A stretch of 64,000 nucleotides of DNA. Source: Octopus sinensis (taxonomy: Eukaryota). The position numbers and the translations under genes were made by a program. Below are positions 54,001 to 64,000 of the stretch, piece by piece (the first letter of the stretch is position 1; every line of letters starts with the position of its first letter). Location: the NCBI RefSeq assembly GCF_006345805.1, contig NC_043008.1:2418001-2482000 (forward strand). Direction: 5' to 3'. The notes below the pieces were generated by a model. That model searched no databases and was not told the DNA's origin. It was given only the letters and a program-made list of their open reading frames with translations.

Positions 54001-54974
54001 ATTAATGATAAAACAATTTACAATAATTGCTGTATATGACTGTATACAGCATTACTAAAGATGTTATCATAGATTCCAGCGTATCTAAAACCATTGACTT
54101 AGACAAATGGAACCGTCTAACCAAATTTCTATACGTCTTCAGCAATGGTGGCATCACATTGCATTCTAAGACTGGTCCTTTAATCGAAGATTTATTGCAG
54201 TCAGTGGGTATTCCTTCTACCAAGTATCGGTTCAAACAAACACAACCTCGATTTTGTGGCTTGCTTTATTTTTGGTCTCCTAATTCTGAGATTATATCTT
54301 CATCAACAGTGTATAATATGTTTCAATAAGTCATTAAATATAAACCCTGAATTCGTTGACTGATAGCAAGTTCGAATGTAAAGAAATCTGAATTAATTTT
54401 CGAAGTGTGCACTGTCTTCAGTATTGTTTAGTTACTGATTCTAACAAATCGTAGAACATCACTTATCTCGTTGTTGTTAACTAAAGATTTTCCTACCCTG
54501 ATGCTCTCGCATAGTATTGGATTTAGAGTTTGGACAAAGATATTATACTGTGGTAAACAAAAAACATCATAGAAGCTCTGACGGAAAAAAGTCTCAGGAG
54601 CGGCGCCGCTATAAAAAGAAAAAAATACAACTAGATTTGGTAATCAATCATCTTCGACGTTGTCTCATTCTGAAGCCACACACAGTATCCATCGTCACTG
54701 GCAGCATTCCTGGAACACCTTTTTTATAGTTGCATTCTTTTGGTTTCCTCGAGGTCTTGAAATTTATTTGGGGTCTTCTACTGTGAAGACTGAGTCTTGA
54801 TATTGAGGTCAAAGCCCTGTTATGAACTTTTAAGAAAATGTTTCGTCTTCCCCGGGCAGGAGTTCCTTGATTGTATACAGATGACTGCTCCGTACACACT
54901 ATAGAAAATAGCACTGCTACAAACAACGGAAGTCACCGAGCAAGTTTATACTTGTGTACCTGTGTGTTGCGTGC

Positions 54975-55019
<45 letters not shown>

Positions 55020-55039
55020 TATATATATATATATATATA

Positions 55040-56130
55040 TAAGAAAATAGTAAAGTGTGAAAAAACGACAGAAGGCTTAAATGTTAAAAAATATATATAT
55101 TTGTGTCAAAATGTCTGGAGAATATTGGAAAAATTTTTTTTCCTTTCCTTAAAATGACATAATTTTAAAAATTTTTAAAGAAATTACCGGTTTCGCGGTG
55201 TAGCTTTTCAATTTCTTGTGACGTTATGTTTATATTGCATGGAATTATCGTTGTTTTTATTTCCAGGAGATTTCTAAATAAGGGGAGGTAGTGAGTGATT
55301 TTTTCCGGTGTAGGGGAGATAATCGCTTAAAAATTTTTTTTCCCTTTTCCTTGTTAATTTCTCTGTGTCAGTATGTTCGGATGGTTGAGTCTGGGTTTGT
55401 ACTTTTCAATGAAGAATGTTTCCTTGTTCAGTCTCATTTGTGTTGATGATCCGAAAGCACATTGGTAAAATGGGAAGATTAAAAATTGTGGCAGTAGTTG
55501 CTTTGCGCATTTCTCAAGTGCTCACTAAAAGGTATCATTCTATATTCTGGGAATGCAATCTGTTGTCGATGCAGTGTGCATCTGCGCCTGAGTGATAGTC
55601 CCGTGGAAACCCACGTAGTCTTTGTGGCAGCCCGAGCATTTAATAACATAAATTATGTTTTCAGAGGCACAAGTGAAGTTAGATTTGATCTTAAATTTCT
55701 GTCCCTCTTTAAAGAAGAATTCTGATCCTTCCAATAGGTTAGGACATGTTGCACAGTTCGATCTACCACATTTTTTTACTTTTGCATCCGTAATTTTAGA
55801 AGACAATTTTGCCTTTGTGAGAATCTTTTTAAGTGATTTAGGCTGTTTGTAGCTTTTAATGATTTGGTGTATGTTTAGAATTTCCTTTAATTTTGGGTTT
55901 TTATGAAGTATTGGTAATTCTGGGTGATGATGGTGAAGGCTTCTTTGTTTCTGGGGTTGTATGTAGATATGTAAGGTAGTATTTTCGGGGAAGGTGTGTT
56001 GTTGTGTTAAACTTTTCTTAAAGTTTCTATGTTGATTTCTGTTGCACGTCTGATCCCATCCTCTATGAGTTGAGCTGGGTAATGTCTGTCAATTAGGGTG
56101 TTTTTGAGTTCTTGCAGTCTAAAGTTCCTG
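55040..56130 (-). mobile_element. Penelope-like element 3' fragment: RT thumb, zinc-finger linker, GIY-YIG endonuclease and 3' UTR
   Basis: [26 protein letters not shown]...LPYISTYNP...IIKSYKQPKSLKKILTKAK...KKCGRSNCATCPNL...NFTCASENIIYVIKCSGCHKDYVG (GIY-YIG motif ~55658-55610)...ETFFIEKYKPRLN. Contains stops and frameshifts. Confidence 0.95.
55178..55217 (-). ncRNA. Minimal type I hammerhead ribozyme motif, degenerate core, in the PLE 3' UTR
   Basis: Minus strand: AAGAAAT-TGAAAA-GC(tacacc)GC-GAA-ACCGGT-A^ATTTCTT. Perfect 7-bp stem I, 2-bp stem II, palindromic ACCGGT stem III, GUA triplet. The core reads TGAAAA instead of CTGANGA. Confidence 0.7.
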
Positions 56131-56136
56131 GTATAC

Positions 56137-56167
<31 letters not shown>

Positions 56168-56285
56168 CATGTGTGTATATAGTGTATGTGCATGTGTACG
56201 TGTATGTACATGTAGGTCTATGGTTCTGTGTATATTATATAGGTATATATGCTTATAAATATTCACGTATGTGTGTATATATATA

Positions 56286-56379
<94 letters not shown>

Positions 56380-56681
56380 CACACACATATACATGTATAC
56401 GTGAGTGTAGGTATGAATATAAATGTGCGTATACAATTGTATAAATATTTGCACTTATCCTTTTTATATCTTCTCTTTATTCTTTTTTGTATTTTAACAC
56501 ACGTAGCTGAAATTTCTACTTTTGAATATAGTTCGTACATACCTCAGAAAATAGTTTTCCCGAAAATCTACTTAGCCTTATCTCCCTTCCACTAATTCTC
56601 TAATCTATAAATTCTAAATATTTTTTCTCGCCATTAATATCTTTATATATCTAAACAGCAAGTATCTTTCTCTTTGTCTCG

Positions 56682-56733
<52 letters not shown>

Positions 56734-56799
56734 CTGTATTTCTCTCTCTCTCTAAATTCTGTAATATTAACGGCTTTTCCCTCTTTTTTACAATCGAAT

Positions 56800-57720
56800 G
56801 TAGCACTAACCAGTTATATTAGCATTATTTCACTTTATTTGAGTTAAATAATTTCGGCTTACCGATTTGTCGCCATATTTCTATCAATTATGGTAGTGTT
56901 CTCACTATCCGTGTCTAATTTCATTTGGACACCAGTGATTTCCATTCTTACCTTCATGAATTCTTTGTTCGTTGTACAAACGTTTTTTCCCTGATGACAA
57001 ACTACTCATTTTTTCCTTTGGTCCAATTTATCGTCAGCTTAGTTCTGCAGTGCATTTTAACGTTTCCTGTCTTCCCACAACGGCGACACTTTGCTTTTTT
57101 GAGCGGAAACTCTTTTATCAGATGCTTACCTCCGCATGGCATACATGGGTTTATCTCCTCTTGTTTACCGTGGTTTTGTTAAACATTTTATTCGCTTTCC
57201 GACTCTTCCATCCTGGTTTTACTTGTAAACAATTTCTATGTTGGATTTCGTCTGTGTCGTGCTTGAATTATTTGGAATATCATATCGCACTCTTCTGACA
57301 GTCTCTGGAAAGTTATTTCTTGATTCATTTCCAGCTTAGCGAGAATTTACGTTCTGAATACTACATCCTTTTAGCAGTAAGTCTCTGAACAAAAATCAGG
57401 CACTTGAACGAAACTGGAGCTAGTTTAACCAGTTTAAATCTCACGCACTCTCGTTGTCCCTCTACCCACATATGTGGTAAACTCAGTGTCATCGCTTTTC
57501 TCAATATTCAGACACTTCCAACGTGTGTCAAACGACGATGGTTTTTTTCTCTAAACATCTTACATACAATGTCAATTGTGTCCATGAGATTTATGCCAGA
57601 AGCTTTTTTAGGTACTATAAAGTTACAGTATATTTTCGTGCACCTTCGTCAGCGGTTTCTTCAGATTTGGACGCGTTTTCCAGGATTCGAGGATTTCCAG
57701 GATTTCCAGGATTTGGTTTA
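56800..57720 (-). mobile_element. Ty3/Gypsy LTR retrotransposon remnant (gag with two zinc knuckles plus aspartic protease)
   Basis: Frameshifted translation: SSFDTRWKCLNIEK...RECVRFKL...FKCLIFVQRL...KLEMNQEITFQRLSEEC; PCMPCGGKHLIKEFPLKKAKCRRCGKTGNVKMHCR (57145-57046); MKLDTDSENT (~56918-56904) then WRQIGKPKL. Confidence 0.85.
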
Positions 57721-58299
57721 CTAACGAGTGGATCTCTTAATTTCACCAGAGTATAAATACCTATAATGGTGATACTTAAAAGAAAAAAAAATTAAGGAAA
57801 TCAAAAATAAATCTTACAAATTTTCCGATAAGCAAGTGGTCATATTATTTATACCCTACAACGAACTCCAGTACGTTTGATTCACTTACCATCATTAAAA
57901 AACGCTGAAAACACTTCACTAATTCTATACAATATTTTCTATGAGTATCTCATTTTCTTCCTTTCTACACTTCTCTTCTTCACTTTCTTTTTCGTAATCG
58001 TGATCATTATTTGGAGAATCATTTATTTTGGCTTATGCAAATTTTACTCATGTGCAAATTGTACGTAGAACTTCCCCAAAAAACCTTTGATTTTCGTTGT
58101 CAACTCTTATTTTTAGTATTTCAGTGTAAAAGTATTGAAATAGAAAGTGCTTCTTTTCTTGAACGCATGGTTCTTTAGTGAAAAATCTTTTTTTTATGTT
58201 ATTTTTTCCTAATTTTAAATCCAAACAACTTAAAATAACTTTCAAATTTCCTCGCCAACGCTAACGCGCAGGGTATACATCGACGCTCCGATAATCTTT

Positions 58300-58560
58300 T
58301 TTTCATTGTTATTGTTGTTGTTGTTGTTGCTTTTGTTACTGTTGTTGTTGCCATTATTGTGGTTATTGTTATTATTATTATCATTGTCATTGTTTTTATT
58401 CTCGCTGTTCTTTACTTGAAAGCAGGCAATAACGAATCATCAAAGGTCTCAAGTAGTGCCTTCTGCTGTGACTCAAAGAGATAATACTCTTCTTAGAATG
58501 CGGGCTGTGCCCAACACTGCTATCTTCTGGATCACTTCAAGCTTGACAGCTGCTTCAATA
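58300..58560 (-). mobile_element. R4/Dong-type (RLE) LINE, extreme 3' end with an (AAT/AAC)n tail
   Basis: LEVIQKIAVLGTARILRRVLSL* (stop at 58475-58473), a short 3' UTR, then a trinucleotide tail at 58400-58305. Confidence 0.8.
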
Positions 58561-58585
58561 TTTTTAATATGCCTTTAATGTCAGC

Positions 58586-59040
58586 ATTATTACTATTATT
58601 GTTATTATACAGTAGTTCAAGTTTTATTACGTGATTTAACTTCATTACCGAGCGCAGCTGTGTGTGCCTTGGATATGTGCTGCGGTTTGTTATGATGCTC
58701 TTATGGTTACTGTATTGAAAGTGTTTTTGCGTAGGATGAGTGCTGCAGTGCCCAGTAGTGTTATTTTCTGTATGTTATATATATTTGTAAATCCTGGTAT
58801 TTTTGTTTTGTATTTGAATATATTTTTTAATCATACCTAATGCGCCCACTATGATAGGAATTGTTTCCGTTCTTAGATTCCACATTCGAGTTACCTCTAT
58901 TTCCTGGTCATTTTATTTTGAAAGTTTCTCCATTTCTTTTAGAGAAACGTTGTTATCTGCTGGTATTGATACATCAATTAGAAAGAATGTTTTTTTTTTA
59001 TAATCTCTGACAACTATTGGCCTTAATTTCTCTATTTGGT
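58586..59040 (-). mobile_element. R4/Dong-type (RLE) LINE 3' fragment with restriction-like endonuclease
   Basis: REIKAN..VVRD..K.FFLIDVSIPADNNVSLK.MEKLSK...QEIEVTRMWNLRTETIPIIVGALGMIKK...NIQKITLLGTAALILRKTLS, then an (AAT)n-like tail at 58610-58586. Confidence 0.9.
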
Positions 59041-62000
59041 TGGATTGTTTTTCTCTGCAAATTTTCAAATCTCGTACACAAATGATTGATATTTCTGATG
59101 GTGATTCTGATGGCTGTCTGGTGGCGGATGTGTTGGTGTTGGTGATGATGGTGCTACTGGGCTTGTTGGCATTTTGAAAAACATTTGCTTCGAATTATAT
59201 AGATATTTATTCGTCTATATATTTGTAAATGATTTTATACGCTTATTATATGCATGCAATGCTTGTTTAAAGCGCAATTAATTATGTATAGCAAGTCACG
59301 TGAGAAAATAGAGGTTGCTTTAACACATTTTCCTGTCAACGTTGGTTATGCATTTAACACTGTCAAAATTGTTTCTGCTATGGATGTTGTAGTAAATATA
59401 TATTTTCATATTATTTACCCAAATTTTTCGACTTAAGACTATTTTCTCACAATTACAATAAATTCCGAATTTTCTTTTCCATATGTTATTACTTTGTTCT
59501 AATTGACGATCATCCATACTCACAATGCAACATTGAATGTGTTCCATTTATCACTGTAGTTTCATTATTTAAATACCGAGCTGGCAGAACGGTGGCTGTC
59601 AGAAAAGAATGCGTTACTTGTTATGAATACTTACATTGAGATTTCAGTTTTGCAATTTATATTTTCCTAATTGATAAAATACAGGACAAATCCCCATCGG
59701 GCTTTGTTTGTATATCGTAACTTCTCTTCTCTCTCTATGGTTACGCTCGCACCGGAATCAGAAACCATTATTTAAATACTAAAATAAATAAAGTGAAATA
59801 GTAAACAAATGTATTCTAATTGAGAAAAATGATAAAAGCCTGACACCTGGGTTAGAATTTTTGCAGCTAAAATTGATAAGGAATCCACAAAGACAAATGA
59901 GAGAAGAAAAAGTATGAAGGAGATAATGAAATAACAGGTAATTTCCCTCTCTCTCTCTCTCCTCCCCCCTATTTCTCTTTCTCTATCTTCCTCTCTCTCT
60001 CTCTTTCTCTTTCTATGGCTACGGGGAGCTTCTTTAAATGTGGAACTTATTTATTGTTACATAACTTAGCAATGCAGACTTTCCTTTTTGTGTTTCATCT
60101 TTATATCATCAATATTCCTGAAGTTCTTTAACAGTAATGAATGCAATACAAAAGCTATTTACATTTATGTTTCCTTGTTATTAGAATCGCAGAATATAAT
60201 GTTGTTGTATTAACACGAATGAATAATTCAAAATGTTCTACAAAATGTTCTACATGAAAATCCGATAGATTTAATAATGCATATGTATGCGAATATCCTT
60301 AGCATATTTAAACGAAAACACTTAGACAACAGAATTCGTGACATACCTTATCAAAGTAAGTGGCAACCGTTGTTTTACTTAAACAATGATTCTGTCTTGA
60401 ATTTTGTTATCGAAGTTATACCTCATGGCAATCAATTTAATTTACAAGCATTAATTTCACTGCTTTTACCAGCCGATCAATGACTTTCTTCATCTCGAAC
60501 TCCATTCACGTATTACTGCTGTTAAAGCCATACAGCAATTATATCGTATCATGTTTTGCCATCTCTACATTTTAAAGATTACAGCAAATCGCTTGCTACA
60601 AACTATCAATATTCTCGCAATGAAACATTTATTTAGAATCGTATTTTGATACGTAATGCATAGTTTCCAATTATCAATCCCTCTCCTTTGCGCAGCATTC
60701 CTGAGAGGTTCATGGGCGTAATTATCGATTACACCTCGCAGCAGCATCTGTCATACATGGTTCCGTGGTTCTCATAGCGTGGATTTCAATGGGTAATTTA
60801 CAGAGAACTTTTTTCTTAAATCCTTGATATTCTTGATGCTATTCTTAAATGACCTCTCATGGAACAGGCATGAAATAAAAGCACTCTACTTGTGACTAAA
60901 TATTGGTGGACGGAACCTGTCATTACTCAATGTGTATTCAAGGTTTTTGACATAGAGTGTGATTTTAAAAGTTGTTCGTAGATATTCGTTGTACAATATG
61001 TATGTTAATAAAAGAGCAGTAGGGAGTTGACTGTATTCTTCAGTGATATGCTGTTGTTATCGTTATCGACAATGCCACGTCTGGAGTGTTACGCCTAAAG
61101 CTAATATGACAATAGAATTTGTTTGTCGCGTACATATTTTTAGAGAAACATTATACGCAAGCATACGTACACGAATATATATTTTATTAGTTTATATGTA
61201 TATTTGTGAATAAAACTTTTCTCACACACAAATTAATTTGCTATTACGAATATGAATGTATTAATGTTTCCAAATGTTATTCTCAAATGTCTTGAAGTTG
61301 ATGATGATAAAATGCGGTGGAGGAATCTCGTTGGGGGAATTTTAATGTTCATGATGTTCCTCATTTTTTTGGTATTGATTTTGATAATAATGAAAATGTC
61401 AGTTATTTGTAGGCATCATATTATCAAAATTACGCATATCATTTGAAAAGGTAATGCAGTGTGGGCATGTTGAAATTTGGCAGCTGGTTCTGCGAGATAA
61501 AGGAGACATGTAGGGGCTGCCTCTCTTGTAAGAGTGATTTAACTATAGATCAATCTCAGCTTATTATTGAAATTAAAAATATAGTTGATAATAAGTAATT
61601 ATAAATGTGGAGAGATTAATTTTGAAGTGCAATAGTAATTAGAAAACAATGGCATTGAAATATGAATGATGCCGCCCGGAAGAGGGAGATAAAATATAAT
61701 TTGCTTATGAGAGGTAATAAATAATACCAAACTCTTTATAATACAATATTCTCGAAACGAAATTTTGAGCTTTACCATATACAACACGTGGTTTGAAAGG
61801 GATTTGTTTATTATTTCTATCAAGCTGTGATGTTAGATAAGGTATCAGTGGTTTGTTTCGTAGTCTAGATAAATATGATGGCGTTGTTTTTGGCGTTGGT
61901 AAATATTTTGACATTAGCAGATATGATTAAAAAGGCGATTGTGGCGGCATTACTAGTCATAACAAGACATGAATCAGTGGTTATTACTATTACACAAATT

Positions 62001-63823
62001 TCTCATGCTCTACCTTTCCTCAAAACCTACTTTCGATATAGTTAAATACTCTTTTTCACTTTTTTTCATTATCGCAAAGAATCCGTTGATAAGCAAGCCT
62101 CAAACCCAAAATCTAATTGTCACTAATTGTTCTTTTCCTGTATCTTGTCTGACCATTAGAGAAACCAGCAACACATTTTGTACAGTTATAATGTGTTTAA
62201 CAATTACACATTTCTATCATATCTCACACAGATTTAAAAAGAAAACTGTATAAATAATACTTAATTAATTAAGCATTCTTCAAATTATTCAAGACAGAAA
62301 TGAAAAATAAAAAGAGAGAAAATAAAAGAAACATATACAACATCTACACATACGTCTTCTAATTTAGATATATGCAATGTTTCTGAGATTAATGTGAAAC
62401 ACAAAGAGACATACATTTTTAAATAGATAAGAAAAACGATTCAACAATGTCACACATCAGCGTTGATGACAGTAATATATGTTTGGCTGACAATAGCAAT
62501 TCTTCAGTCTACAACTTATAATGTCTAATTCTATTTTCTTCATACAGTTCGGTTTTCTATTCTTCTCCTGTTAACACACTTCAATTAACGACAGTGCATG
62601 CCGTATACTCTAACGAAAATAACAGTACAATTGTGTAGAAGACGATCATTGACTCTAACCGTTGAAACATCGGTGAATGCGATTTTAGCTGTAGGGTATA
62701 CTGAATGTAATTCTCAAGCTCGCTTACCAACAGTGATGTTCACACTGCATATTATCTATATTCTGATACATTTCAATGAACTGACAACAACATGATTTCC
62801 ATGTTACTAATACATCCACGAGCAGCACGACCATACAATGCAAGACATTTACTAAAGTTTCTGACCAATCCTATCACATCGCTGCATTCTTTATGTAATC
62901 TAAACTAGTGAAATATTGCATAGAAATGTTGACTGTATATTTGTTACTGCTGCGGTTCGATCGCGAATCAGTAATAATCCAGTTGCAATAAAAAACAAAA
63001 ATATTGAGAGCACGCGGATTTTTTCAAAGTTTCCTGTGACCAATATTAGATTATACAATGCATCTTTTATATTAGAAGGTGGTTGTGAGTGGGATAGAGA
63101 TATAACGGTTATGCCAAGTTATTGAAGCTATCAGACGAGATTTATTATCGCTTCCTCGTACATCAGATAATGATATTACTGTCCACACATTGAACGGTTC
63201 CTTTTATCCACAGGCGTCTTGTTCTCCAAGTTAATGCATGGCATTTTAAAAATATTCACAAGTACTTAAAGAACTCACTTTCATTGATAAAAATGAAGAA
63301 ATAAAAATTGTTTGCTGTTACATTTTATTGTCATTTGTGTTGTTCAACATTCATTTTTAGGAGCTTTTTGAAGAATTATGAAATACTTCAACATAGTTAT
63401 CGAAAGCTACGAAGTGTTGCTAAGTTGTTCCTATTGGTCGTAGTGGTGATATCTTTTGTTTTGTTTATAATTTTTAAAAATTATTTCCTGCTAGCAATGG
63501 CGTTTCTGGACATATGGGAAGCTGTATTTTAGCTGAGCAAAAATGTGTGATCATTGTGTGCACTTGTCGTGATAGATGCAGCAGCAGAATGCACTCATGT
63601 GTCTATATATAATGTGTGTATGAAATTTAACACACTCGCACAGACACACACACACACAAGAAGACACACAAGCACGCATATGCACACTCAGACATACACA
63701 CGGGCACACACATATATGCATATATATAGAGAGAGCTCCGTTAAGACATATAATCGCAATATTTTTAACGAGATGCCTGACAACACCGACTTACATATCG
63801 GTGAGTCACTGATAGAAAGACTG

Positions 63824-63874
<51 letters not shown>

Positions 63875-64000
63875 CGAAATATTATACAAATGAATGTAGG
63901 TATACTTAAATATCCATAGATACAATGCATAATTAGTGAAAGAAGTTGCTCAACCACAATACAGCTTCTCATATGTCCAGAAACAGCATTGCAACCAAAT

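Noticed and set aside
63775-63825. ctgacaa-caccga(loop)tcggtg hairpin next to (TA)n
   Set aside because: Could be another decayed PLE hammerhead, but GAAA, the cleavage triplet and stem I are all missing.

Overview
AT-rich eukaryotic DNA, dense in microsatellites and repeats. Most likely an octopus (coleoid cephalopod) intron or intergenic region, inferred from recognising the SINE families; not verified by a search. No complete host gene, rRNA, tRNA gene or CRISPR array is supported, and most ORFs in the supplied track are translations of (TA)n/(CA)n/(TTA)n repeats. The window holds many decayed transposons: three Penelope-like element (PLE) remnants (two RT, one RT-thumb plus GIY-YIG), three mariner remnants, a Gypsy gag-protease remnant, two stacked R4/Dong-type LINE 3' ends, an RTE-like fragment, a CCHC-ORF1 non-LTR remnant, a probable solo LTR, several tRNA-derived SINEs and a ~830-bp tandem array. 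The most notable structures are (i) a 253-bp near-perfect palindrome whose loop is the hammerhead core CTGATGA and whose arm carries the rest of a damaged hammerhead ribozyme, (ii) a minimal hammerhead in the 3' UTR of the GIY-YIG PLE, (iii) a 3' tail shared by a LINE remnant and a SINE, and (iv) low-confidence minus-strand exons of an unidentified transcript. I found no evidence of a new multi-gene system.
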